Origin: an uncultured Nitrososphaerales archaeon
GTDB lineage: Archaea; Thermoproteota; Nitrososphaeria; Nitrososphaerales; Nitrososphaeraceae
Assembly (NCBI GenBank): GCA_963709405.1
Contig: CAVPXM010000098.1
Coordinates: 1-17,944, forward strand
Direction of reading: 5' to 3'
DNA length: 17,944 nt
The notes under the pieces were generated by a model that saw only the letters and a program-made list of their open reading frames with translations, was not told the origin of the DNA and made no database searches. Shown piece by piece: positions 8,879 to 17,944 of this stretch. Position 1 is the stretch's first letter. Every line of letters begins with the position of its first letter. The translations under genes and the position numbers were made by a program.

Positions 8879-9606
8879 TGTTGGAGTGGTATAATGAAGT
8901 ATTTCTAAAAAAGTATAGTGAAATAAATAATGCAGCCATAGACAATGATGGAAGTACAGGTTTAACAAGTCGCCAGTTAGCAGATGCTACATTTCAAATC
9001 AAACGACGTAAATTATCGTCAAAGCATATCCTCGAAAATTACATAGAGCCTCTTATTAACTCCGGATACATAGACAAAGTAGAGAATAAAGAAGATAGAC
9101 GCTCATATCTCTACTACCCAGTTTTAAATGTAAAACAAAAAAAATTATTCGATGTGACTGAATCGAATAAGTTCTCACAGAGAAAAACAGTAAGTATTGT
9201 AGATTCTACAATATTTCCAGACAGAAATTATCTGATATCTAAAATTCAAGGGGTGCTGAAATATTCGTATGACATACATAAAATAACAAAATTAGAAAAT
9301 CATGAAGGCAAGGAAATAACAATTGAAGACTTAGTTGATCAATACTATAAAGATCCTGGTAAATATTTTGAGGTTTCCTCACCTTCAGCTGTGGAAAAAA
9401 CTACAACGACAGCCATTGCTATTTCTAGAACTTCTAGTGAGCCATCTAAACCACTAGAAGCAAAAAATAATGAAAGGTGGGTCAGCGACGAATATTCTTT
9501 GGATACGCAAAACAGGGATAGATCACAACAAATTCAAGGTTTAGGTTCAGATAATAAGACTGATAGAATATCTGGAGACTCACAGTCAACGCTGTTTTTT
9601 GGTTAA
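8803..9606 (+). pseudogene. Chimeric ORF: 25 PsbP-derived codons fused to the winged-helix C-terminal part of a larger, probably mobile-element replication-type protein
   Basis: After the junction at 8878/8879 it reads VLEWYNEVFL...LTSRQLADAT...SSKHILENYIEPLINSGYIDKVENKEDRRSYLYYP (wHTH with a DRR wing). The replication-protein parentage is inference. Confidence 0.6.
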
Positions 9607-9840
9607 TCCATAAGTTAGACTAGTTTGGATGCTGTCAAATCTTCGTCGGTTTTCGCTATCTTTGTCACTGTGTAAATTTTCGTCGGATCTAGAGGACTCT
9701 ATCTCATCCATTTGTTTATGGATTCGGTCAGCCATCTGGAATAATGCATCTCTATTTGGCAATGGTATATCATTTTTCTTTGCGTATTCTAACATGAAGA
9801 ATAACGTTCCACCGACTTGATCATATAGTTCTTGAATCAA
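9586..9840 (-). CDS. Small helical hypothetical protein; may originally have started at TTG 9889
   Basis: Amphipathic ELYDQVGGTLFFMLEYAKKNDIPLPNRDALFQMADRIH; co-oriented downstream of the AbrB pair. Confidence 0.6.
   Translation of the reverse strand: MIQELYDQVGGTLFFMLEYAKKNDIPLPNRDALFQMADRIHKQMDEIESSRSDENLHSDKDSENRRRFDSIQTSLTYGLTKKQR
9637..9686 (+). repeat. 13-bp direct repeat AAAT(C/T)TTCGTCGG x2
   Basis: 9637-9649 and 9674-9686, one mismatch. Each is preceded by TGT(C). Confidence 0.65.
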
Positions 9841-9901
9841 TCATTTCATACGTCGAACTCGTTTCCACTCTAGGAATATCTCTTGCCAAGCGTCAAAGCG
9901 T

Positions 9902-10348
9902 TCATTTGGCATTTGGATCCTTTTTATCTTTTACTTCGTCTTCTCGATATCTTTTCTCCCATCTTGTGAAATTTGATATGTCATCGAGTTCTGACAATCT
10001 CTCTCGTAGAGATTCAACTTTAGAATCATTTTTCAACTTTAGATCGGCAATTTCTTCTTTCAATTGCTTTTTCTGAATATAAAATTCAGTGGGTAAACTA
10101 TCTATTAATTTTTCATATGATGTAATTGTGAGATAGTCATTATTTAGCACCTCCATAAATACTATGGAATGTTTGAAAAGAAGAGAAAGCATCAAGAGCG
10201 AGTCCGAACTCAGGTATTCGAGTAAGATCCGAGTTTGTGGATCTATAGTTGATTCGGCTAACTTTCTCTTGATATTGGCACGGCTTTGTAACAAATTCTC
10301 TGAGATTTGTCGACAGTTTGAAATTATGCCATCATCAAACGTAACCAT
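9902..10348 (-). CDS. Hypothetical protein with C-terminal coiled coil
   Basis: Intact 148-aa ORF whose start overlaps the AbrB stop (TAATG), implying translational coupling. Confidence 0.7.
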   Translation of the reverse strand: MVTFDDGIISNCRQISENLLQSRANIKRKLAESTIDPQTRILLEYLSSDSLLMLSLLFKHSIVFMEVLNNDYLTITSYEKLIDSLPTEFYIQKKQLKEEIADLKLKNDSKVESLRERLSELDDISNFTRWEKRYREDEVKDKKDPNAK

Positions 10349-10590
10349 TAACTATCGACCATCTTGCGTTTTTGTTTCATAGAATATCGAGCAAGTTCTA
10401 CTGAACCAATATGATCTGGTTTCTTTGTGACGATCGCAGCACGTTCATTATTGTGCGTATCCATTTTCCATTCCAATTTGTCACCTGCTTTAATACCCAA
10501 GAACTCGGTTATTCCTTCTGGAACTGTCGTTCTTACGGAATTAGTGCCGACTTTAGCGACACCTACTGTACTCTCTAATCCCATATTCAT
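10348..10590 (-). CDS. AbrB/MazE/SpoVT-family DNA-binding protein
   Basis: SVRTTVPEGITEFLGIKAGDKLEW matches the swapped-hairpin signature (S..VTIP..I...LGI..GD.L.W). Confidence 0.88.
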   Translation of the reverse strand: MNMGLESTVGVAKVGTNSVRTTVPEGITEFLGIKAGDKLEWKMDTHNNERAAIVTKKPDHIGSVELARYSMKQKRKMVDS

Positions 10591-10591
10591 T

Positions 10592-10629
10592 TATCGTACT
10601 GACGATATATAAAGATGCCGTCTGAACGG
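10592..10629 (-). promoter_or_regulatory. AbrB promoter: TATA box (TTTATATAT on -) flanked by two CGT-N4-ACG palindromes
   Basis: TATCGT-actg-ACGATA at 10592-10607 and CCGT-ctga-ACGG at 10618-10629, around ATATATAAA at 10605-10613. Confidence 0.65.
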
Positions 10630-10654
10630 TAGAAGCAGTTAAATATCACTATAT

Positions 10655-11122
10655 GGGCCTCCAATTGGAGACATAATTAGAATGTCAATTAATGCTGAGA
10701 ATGGTCTCATTGTGCACTCTGGATCTTATATTGCATCTAGCACGGGAATAATGCTTGATACAGAATGGCAGGGTTTTAGAAAAGGACTTTTTGGAAGTGG
10801 GTTGTTTATGTTGAGGGCTAATGGTGTAGGTGATTTATTTGTCAATGCATATGGAGGTATAATTCAGAAGAATCTGGGAGATAATGAAAAAATAATTTTA
10901 GATAATCATCATCTCGTAGCACTAAGTGAAAATTCAAACTATAGAGTAATAAAATTTGGTGGGCTGAAAACTACAATCCTTGGGGGAGAAGGACTTGTTA
11001 CTGAAATCACTGGTCCAGGATCAGTTTATTTTCAAACCAAAAACATCCCAGATTTCGTCAATTATCTTGGGATAAAACAAACATCGGGATCTGACAGCAC
11101 ATGGAGGTATGACAGCACATAG
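10655..11122 (+). pseudogene. AIM24 / TIGR00266 family protein, 5'-truncated
   Basis: GPPIGDIIR continues upstream of ATG 10682; LFMLRANGVGDLFVNAYG, ILDNHHLVA and GGEGLVTEITGPGSVYFQT motifs are present. The N-terminal repeat is missing and there is an in-frame stop at 10640. Confidence 0.85.
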
Positions 11123-11558
11123 TTCTTCACACCTGATAATTATCGCGAGGATATCTGCATGCTTATATCAAAAAGGGATATCAAAACCCGTTCTCTTCTT
11201 AAATCAATTGTGTCTTGCTTTAATTCATTCTTTGGTCGATTGACCAATTTATAATATCAATTACTCAATGCGGCACACTTGTTTTTAAAGTAGTGCCCAA
11301 AATTACATATTTTTATGAAAAATAAATTGAGGTAGAAATGTAAAAAAATTACGGGGCTACCTCTTCCGCCTCTCTCCATCTTTGATGAAATCCGTCATGA
11401 AACAGTGATAATTTTATTAATTGAATCTATGATAGGGTGATACTTGTGGAAGTCCATTAGTTTATAAGTTAAGGAATTAAAAGAGTTAGAAGTATAGATA
11501 ACGCTCTACCATATGTTATTGTAAATTAGACATGGTTTGAATTATTTATTCATTGGAT

Positions 11559-12020
11559 TCAAGGATTTCGTCCAATTATTTCCCTGTTTACGAAATCCTC
11601 AAAGACAGGATTGAGCCATCCCTCTGACCGTATTAGATTCCATTGTCCATTTATAGTCCCATACTTAAAACAATTTTTCATCCAATGTAACCATCCTTCC
11701 CATTCGTTATCATTAAGGACGTTCCTCTGTCGCATAGCAAATGCATGGGAACATATAAAAAGAATGTAATATGCAAATGCCAATTCTTCTGACGGCTTTT
11801 CAAGTTTATAGATAACTTTTTGCATTGATGGCTTTTCTATTATAATTTCTGCCATCTTGCGAACCTTCTCATCCAAGTCGTTAAGAACTCTGGTTTGTTG
11901 GTCAACCGACAAACTTTGTATCTGCCTTTTTGAGAAATACAGTGTCAAGACCATTGTTCCCACTATTCCGATTGTTTGCGCTAAGCTAAGTATGTCAGGA
12001 AATCCTAAACCTTCTACCAA
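11559..12020 (-). CDS. Hypothetical protein with a single N-terminal transmembrane helix
   Basis: Intact 153-aa ORF: ILSLAQTIGIVGTMVLTLYF followed by a Trp-rich helical domain. Confidence 0.75.
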   Translation of the reverse strand: MVEGLGFPDILSLAQTIGIVGTMVLTLYFSKRQIQSLSVDQQTRVLNDLDEKVRKMAEIIIEKPSMQKVIYKLEKPSEELAFAYYILFICSHAFAMRQRNVLNDNEWEGWLHWMKNCFKYGTINGQWNLIRSEGWLNPVFEDFVNREIIGRNP

Positions 12021-12312
12021 ATCTGGGATAAGGTGTAATTTTGTAATAAAGCAGATGCATGTAAATTATCTATTGCTAATGGAAGGGCTGAAATTTTAAG
12101 CCAGTAGTTGTTATATCTATCATTATATCGTAGTTAACTTATGCCTTCATGATTAAACCTAACCCCTTATGTTATGTCTGGTTGTATCTTAGGATCACCT
12201 TTTGGTTCTAGAGTCATGTATAATCAAGTAGATTGACAATATTAAGCACAAAGACTCCAATGCAATGCACTGCAGACTTAGGTGTTAATTATTCAGAGAT
12301 ATATTTGATGAT

Positions 12313-12930
12313 ATGACTATGGTTCCATATGTATTCAAATCCTCGAATACAGTAAATGATTGTGAAAAATCACCATCAAATAATATTAATAGTAGTAGTG
12401 TAACCAGCAATGAAGGAAGAAGCCACATTACAAATGTGTCAGTTATCTTCGATACTCGCTATGGAAACACCGAAAAGATTGCAAAATCACTTGAAACTGG
12501 GCTCAAGCAGGCAAATATCATTACTGTTTGCGTTAACGCAGAATATGTCACTAATGATTTGCTTAGAGATTGCGATCTGATTTGTATTGGTGTTCCAACT
12601 CATTTTCTTAGCGCATCTAAATCAATGAAAAAGTTCCTTGCAAAGATGAAGGGCATAGATTTATCTGGAAAGTATGGCTTTGCGTTTGATACAAAATTCG
12701 ATTCACGTATGTCTGGTAGCGTAGCCAAGTTCATTGAGAGAGAATTAAATAAGCTTCGACTTGAGATCATAGCGCCTCGCGAATCAGCGATAGTCTTTGG
12801 TATGAAGGAAAAAGAAGGTGGAGCAAGTCTCAAAGAAGGTGAAGAGAAAAGATTTGAGCAGATTGGATTTCGTCTTGGAACCAAAAAGGTAGAGATTGTC
12901 AACAGCAGCCATAGCTATTCTGCAGGCTAG
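12313..12930 (+). CDS. Flavodoxin-domain protein (start position uncertain)
   Basis: VIFDTRYGNTEKIAK FMN-binding loop, DLICIGVPTH and GKYGFAFDT motifs. Confidence 0.88.
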   Translation: MTMVPYVFKSSNTVNDCEKSPSNNINSSSVTSNEGRSHITNVSVIFDTRYGNTEKIAKSLETGLKQANIITVCVNAEYVTNDLLRDCDLICIGVPTHFLSASKSMKKFLAKMKGIDLSGKYGFAFDTKFDSRMSGSVAKFIERELNKLRLEIIAPRESAIVFGMKEKEGGASLKEGEEKRFEQIGFRLGTKKVEIVNSSHSYSAG

Positions 12931-12953
12931 TATGTCTTCTAGGCTGCATTACA

Positions 12954-13976
12954 ATGAAATATAAGCACATTGTGATACCTCGGTTCGGTGGACCAGAGAA
13001 TCTCTTACTAGTTGAGGATGAGCTTCCTGAACCACGAGCTGATGAAGTGCGTGTAAAGGTGCTTGCTGCAGGAGTATCCTTTGCAGATATTCTTATGCGA
13101 GAAGGGGTTCATCCAGAATCTTGGAATCTTGGAAGAACACCATTTACTCCAGGATGGGATGTTGTTGGCGTTGTTGACAAATTAGGAGACAAAGTATCAA
13201 CATGGCAAACAGGTCAGATGGTTGCTGCTTTACCAATAGTCGGAGGGTATTCAGAATATATATTTCTGTCATCAAATGAGGTGGTGCCAGTTCCCCCTGG
13301 ACTTGATCATGCTGAGGCTGTAAGCATAGTATTGAATTATATCACTGCTTACCAGATGCTCCACCGTTGTGTCCACATAAAACCTGGCGAAATCATATTA
13401 ATTAATGGTGGTGCTGCTGGCGGTGTTGGCACAGCACTACTCCAATTGGGGAAGCTTGCTAATCTGAAAAAACGTATGGAACAGCATCATATAGAAAACA
13501 CGACATTGTATCTAGTTTAGGTGGTATTCCCATAGATTACAAGTCAGTAGATTTAGTTCAAGAGATTATCAAACTTACGAGTGATGATGATAAGAGCGAA
13601 TCTGGCGTAGACGCTGTATTCGACGGCATTGGAGGTAAATCGTTAAAGTCCTCATACGAGATTCTTCGTAGTCGGCGGTAGATTGGTCGCTTATGGAGGC
13701 ACACCGACTACAGACCTCGGAGATTGGCTGATGATGTTTACCATGAACGTGGTTTCCGACAAGAGAAAATTTATCTTGTATAGCATACAAACGCTAAAAA
13801 GACTAAAGTCAGTTTGGTTCCATGAGGATTTGACTTTATTGTTAAATTTACTAGAGCAAGGAAAGATCAAACCTATCGTTGCAGTGAAAATGCCTCTGAA
13901 TCAGGCTGCTCAGGCTCATGAATTACTGGCCGGCGGCTCAGTCAAAGGCAAGATTGTGTTGATTTGTAACGATTGA
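12954..13976 (+). pseudogene. Medium-chain dehydrogenase/reductase (quinone-oxidoreductase-like) with two frameshifts
   Basis: FGGPENL, VRVKVLAAGVSFAD, PFTPGWDVVG, GAAGGVG. The middle (TYGTAS...GVDAVFDGIGG) is in another frame between the A6 run (13467-13472) and an extra C near 13673. It ends AHELLAGGSVKGKIVL. Confidence 0.9.
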
Positions 13977-14219
13977 TAAACTCTAAGCAAGTTGGAGTAT
14001 GATGAATAACATACAGAGTAACTAAGCAAGTGTTTTTTCGAACATTGATACTAGGCTCTCTACATCATCGTCTATATTCTCTGGAAGACTCTCAATTGGA
14101 CATGCATCTTTTGAAAATCTTAAAATTGCAATTATCTTGCTTTCAATGAAGCTATGATTTCAGTCTAAGAAGACAAAAATTCATTCTGAGAATTGCTTGC
14201 TACGCACCAGCCATTTCTC

Positions 14220-14749
14220 TTACTCCATGAGAAGTACTTCTTTCAACTGTTCCTTAGTCTCTTTATGTCCATTTTGAATTAGCTGTTGGACTGTAGTTTT
14301 TGAAAAGTCAAATGTCTTATTTGAAATAGTATTGGTGTCGTTCTTTCGTTGCAAACGAGCGACAAAATCAACATCTACTATACCCCTCACTAAATCATCA
14401 TACCTTCCCTGCTTGCCAGTGGAGAAAAAAATACCTTTAGTTTTCCCCTTCAAAATCTTTTGCAGTTCCTCTTTGCTTGCACCCTTTTCTTCGGCTAATT
14501 TGATTAGAGAGTTTGCTAATGTCACGAGATCAGACATAAGAGCTGCAATATTTTCATCAAATTCTGTTCTGTCATGATATATGATGTCATTCTTTCTGTC
14601 AACAACACCGTCATAGTCAGTAGGAAGATATTCCCGTTTAGCTGGATAAGATTGATTATACTGAATCTGAGTTTGGGTACGTCATCTAATTTCCTCACCC
14701 TACGCCAATAATCGATGTGAGCAATATATGTCTGCCTTAGAGGTGTATT
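14220..14749 (-). pseudogene. C-terminal half of a patatin-like phospholipase, frameshifted near 14647
   Basis: NTPLRQT...IINL / PAKREYLPTDYDGVVDRKNDIIYHDRT...FDFSKTTVQQLIQNGHKET. It begins right where the DGG motif should precede NTPL; the catalytic N-terminal half is absent. Confidence 0.7.
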
Positions 14750-14892
14750 AGGTCAGCAAAGTAGTTATTAAAGCAAAATAGTTGGAAAATATTTCATAGA
14801 AGAGATGCTACGTCCTAACAACCTTATATAAGTCGTCGAAATCCAAAACATAAAAATAGCCAGAAAAATTCTAGAAGATTGAGCTGGCTCTA

Positions 14893-16268
14893 ATGCGAAT
14901 ATCTTTGGATTTCTCAAAACCAAGATCAAAAATATCAATGCGATCATCATTAACGTTTTCATTCTTCTTTGTTACAATTCTTATTATTACATCCTCATTT
15001 TTGATGATATTAACACCACATGCCTATTTCTATGCCAATGCGCTTATACTAAAGCTGTACCTGCAGTTGCAGGACCTACGATTAGTGATCCGAATTTGAA
15101 AGCGGAGGTGGTCTTTAAAGGATTTCATATCCCAACAAGTATGGCATTTCTAGGCCCTAATGGCATTTTGGTGCTAGAGAAAAATTCAGGAAACGTACTT
15201 AGAATCCTGGACGGTAATCTTATAAAAAAACCACTTTTGCACGTTAATGTAGCGACACAATTTCTAGAATGGGGATTGTTAGGTATTGCAATTTCAAAAC
15301 AAGCAAATCCTGGTGGTAATAATAGTGGTCAAGTACATACCTATGTTTTCCTCTATTACACTGAATCTGGCGGAAAACCAGGTGTTGCAGCAGGTAACCA
15401 TCTTTACAGATATGAATTAGTTAATGGCCAATTGACAAATCCTGTAGATCTGTTAAATCTTCCTTCTAATGCACCTGACCCTCTTGTGGAAAGTAACCAT
15501 AATGGTGGCAAAGTGATTATAGGACCAGATAATAACATATATGTCGTCATAGGCGATGTTGGAAGTCATGATGGTCAGGCTCAGAATAACAAGAATGGTA
15601 AAAAACTTGATGGGACTAGCGGTGTACTAAGGATTACAAAAGATGGCCAACCAGTAACACCAGACCCGTTAGGGACTTTAGATCCTACAAGAGTGTATTA
15701 TGCTTATGGCATTAGGAATAGCTTTGGTATGGATTTTGATCCTGTAACAGGCAATTTATGGGATACCGAAAATGGACCTACCTATGGTGATGAGATCAAT
15801 TTGGTTAAACCTGGATTTAATAGTGGTTGGAATCACGTCCAAGGGATATGGCAGGTAAGCGGTTCATCGCCAGGTCCTGTTGCAGAAAATCCTTCTCAAG
15901 ATTTGATAAACTTAGATGGCAGAGGAGTTTATAGATCTCCAGAATTTGTCTGGAAGTAGCCAGTAGGTCCAACAGCTTTAAAATTCTTAAATTCAGACAA
16001 ATTGGGAAAACAATATGAAAATACAATGTTTGTAGGTAATGTCAATACCGGTGATTTGTACAACTTTAAGCTAAGTGAGAATAGAACTAGCCTCTTGCTA
16101 AGCAGCCCACTTGAAGGTAAAGTAGCAAACAGCCCGGAAGATGTTAGATCAGTAATATTTGGACATGGCTTTGGCACGATTACAGACCTAGAGGTGGGAC
16201 CTGATGGATTTCTATACGTTCTTACATTTGATGGAACAATATATCGAATAGTACCTATAACAGGTTAA
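14893..16268 (+). pseudogene. Secreted PQQ-dependent glucose/sorbosone dehydrogenase (soluble beta-propeller), frameshift near 15042 and in-frame TAG at 15957-15959
   Basis: Signal peptide, then in a shifted frame AYTKAVPAVAGPTISDPNLKAEVV. Motifs PTSMAF, GLLGIA, HNGG, YAYGIRNSFGMDFDP, DTENGP, DEIN, ITDLEVGPDGFLYV. WK*PVGPTALKF continues in frame. Confidence 0.9.
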
Positions 16269-16487
16269 AAATAGCGGAATATCTCGCAAAGCTTCATTCC
16301 ATTATAATTCACTAAATATGTAGTTTACAAATAATAAAATAGTATATGACTCAATAATCTCATCGACTAGGTTAGCCTATAAATAGTCTCCAATTAGTTT
16401 AAACGAGCTTATGGTCATTATTTTTATTGAAAAGAAAGGATCAATTAGGTTCTATAACTTAAATCTATATTTGTTATAAAGAATGTA

Positions 16488-16494
16488 TTTATAA
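16488..16494 (+). promoter_or_regulatory. Putative TATA box (TTTATAA)
   Basis: About 29-35 nt upstream of TTG 16523. Confidence 0.4.
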
Positions 16495-16522
16495 TTTCAT
16501 TCAGAATTATTTTCTATTCAAA

Positions 16523-17575
16523 TTGAGGAATAAGATATCACTAATATTTATCATTTTGACGCTTATTGGAATTTGTGTTTCTGTTGTTATTATTTCTAAT
16601 TACACTTTTTCGTATGCACAAAAAACAAGCCCAACACCAACAAAAATAATGTCTTCAATAATAAATACTCCTATCAATTCATCTTCAACTAAGTTAACGA
16701 CAGTTGCAACTAACGTTGCTTTAATTCCCACAATAAAAATCCTGTCGCCACATAGCGGTCAAGAAGTTCCAGTAACTAATATTAATCTCATTGTCTCTGG
16801 CACTTCATCATATGACAGATCAAAGGATTGTAGAGTTTCAGTACTTTTGAATGGAATAAAGCCATACCAACAGACTACCGCGACAGGAAATAATGGAGTC
16901 AGTGATTATTCTACTTGGAGATACAAGCTAGATCCTATCTATACTACAATTAGAGAGGGATCTAACAAATTAACTGCAAAAATTACCTGTCTTGGCAATC
17001 CTTATAGTTTGACTAAATGGACAAGTATAAATCTAATTGGAACCAGAGATGGTAATGGTAGTCCTACTACTAGTGTAACCCAGCCACTGCCATTACGAAT
17101 TTCGATTGGGGTTGATAAAAATCCAATTACTGCAGGAGATATGCAGACTATTACTGTGAAGGTTCATAGTCCAGGTATTATGAATTCAGCTATTAGTGGA
17201 GCTAAGGTGAGCGGACAAATTATCGATTTATCATCCTTCTCATCTACTTCTTCTCCTTCTAAAAATGTGAACACAGTTGTAGAGCAATTTGGCAATAATA
17301 CAGATAGAAATGGTGAAGTTTCATATTCATGGAAAGTACCTGGAAATACTCTGATAGGTACGCCTTATATAATAAAAGTAGACGCATTATCTGGCAAGTA
17401 CAGTGGGAGATCAGAATCCAATATATTTACTGTAAAACCTTCATATAACGACAATCCCTTTATTTTAACTCAGGCGAATAGCAACTTTACTAACGGTTTG
17501 AGCGATAACATAAAGAATTTTACTCAGGATATATTCAACAAGGTTAGAAACAGCCTAGAAAATAATTTGAGATAA
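16523..17575 (+). CDS. Secreted/surface protein with signal peptide and two Ig-like beta-sandwich domains
   Basis: Signal ending in YAQ, then an S/T-rich linker. Domain 1: IKILSP...DCRVSVLLNGIKPYQ...DYSTW...NKLTAKITC (Cys pair). Domain 2: KNPITAGDMQTITVKV...TDRNGEVSYSWKV. Confidence 0.8.
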   Translation: MRNKISLIFIILTLIGICVSVVIISNYTFSYAQKTSPTPTKIMSSIINTPINSSSTKLTTVATNVALIPTIKILSPHSGQEVPVTNINLIVSGTSSYDRSKDCRVSVLLNGIKPYQQTTATGNNGVSDYSTWRYKLDPIYTTIREGSNKLTAKITCLGNPYSLTKWTSINLIGTRDGNGSPTTSVTQPLPLRISIGVDKNPITAGDMQTITVKVHSPGIMNSAISGAKVSGQIIDLSSFSSTSSPSKNVNTVVEQFGNNTDRNGEVSYSWKVPGNTLIGTPYIIKVDALSGKYSGRSESNIFTVKPSYNDNPFILTQANSNFTNGLSDNIKNFTQDIFNKVRNSLENNLR

Positions 17576-17944
17576 AACAAGTTCTATATCATCCAGCTTA
17601 ACATAAAGCAATGAATAAGGTAACTCTATCTTTCCCTATATGAAATCTATCGATTGGCTATTATGATTAAGTCAGAATAATTAGATGATATTAGAATAAT
17701 ATATAGTTGAGATCTGCGATAATTAGTTTCAACTGTATTACGATTGTTTTTGATTAAATGAGGAAACCAATCAGCTCGTTGTACCTCAACAGAAAACTTA
17801 CCATTTTTATTAATTAATATCATTTTAATCCTAGTATAGCTGGATTATCTCATTTTAGATTGAAAATATTTTGACAGTTAGAATATCCCAGTATAAAGTT
17901 GTGGCATTAACTTCCTTAATTCTAATATAGTAATTAATAATCAA

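Larger units (their letters stand above)
8879..10654. mobile_element. Probable remnant of an integrated element (wHTH fragment plus AbrB-led three-gene operon); no integrase or att site seen
   Basis: AbrB regulator plus orphan ORFs, bounded on both sides by truncated cellular-type genes (PsbP-like and AIM24). Confidence 0.45.

Noticed and set aside
9861-9876. ORB-like origin box (minus strand TTCCTAGAGTGGAAAC; also AGTGGAAAT near 1923)
   Set aside because: Partial match only, no adjacent G-string, no clustering and no orc1/cdc6 gene.
10659-10670. Perfect 12-bp palindrome CTCCAATTGGAG
   Set aside because: Lies inside AIM24 coding sequence (PPIGD); a single occurrence is compatible with chance.
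11351-11400. GC-richer patch considered as a tRNA fragment or att site
   Set aside because: No cloverleaf or T-loop motif; the minus strand reads more like a gene 3' remnant (FHDGFHQRWREAEEVAP*).
2005-16177. Short antisense or overlapping ORFs in the track (e.g. 2005-2250, 2058-2267, 3290-3505, 3330-3521, 5633-5926, 5800-6087, 6955-7152, 7533-7754, 8022-8234, 8050-8247, 8703-8945, 9629-9820, 10164-10382, 10427-10612, 11857-12099, 12600-12902, 13575-13790, 14332-14577, 14768-14962, 15817-16026, 15929-16177)
   Set aside because: Mostly shadows of better-supported genes on the opposite strand; none has recognisable motifs.
17580-17944. Possible gene at the window end
   Set aside because: Only short frames with frequent stops and no recognisable motifs.

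Overview
AT-rich archaeal DNA. The gene families (PsbP-like, YncE-type membrane-anchor tail, PQQ/sorbosone dehydrogenase, patatin, AIM24, Cys-paired Ig-like secreted protein) and TATA-type promoters point to a soil ammonia-oxidising archaeon (Nitrososphaeraceae); this taxon call is an inference. The window is a decaying accessory region: most recognisable genes are frameshifted, nonsense-interrupted or abruptly truncated and joined to unrelated fragments. Several items are missing from the ORF track: a start-less cas3 helicase relic (4191-4496, -), an IS5-family transposase 3' end with its terminal repeat (5208-~5425, -), and a 147-bp near-identical duplication (1-147 = 8732-8878) fusing a PsbP-like fragment in frame to a winged-helix C-terminus. 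A probable integrated-element remnant (8879-~10654) carries an AbrB operon whose TATA box is flanked by two CGT-N4-ACG palindromes. The best candidate for an uncharacterised system is a ~559-aa HTH/long coiled-coil/hydrophobic-helix gene (2257-3938, split by a TA insertion). It is preceded by 21-bp-spaced direct repeats and a GC-rich foldable element; its function is hypothesis only. I saw no rRNA, tRNA, CRISPR array, integrase or reverse transcriptase. Family calls come from motif recognition by eye, not database searches.
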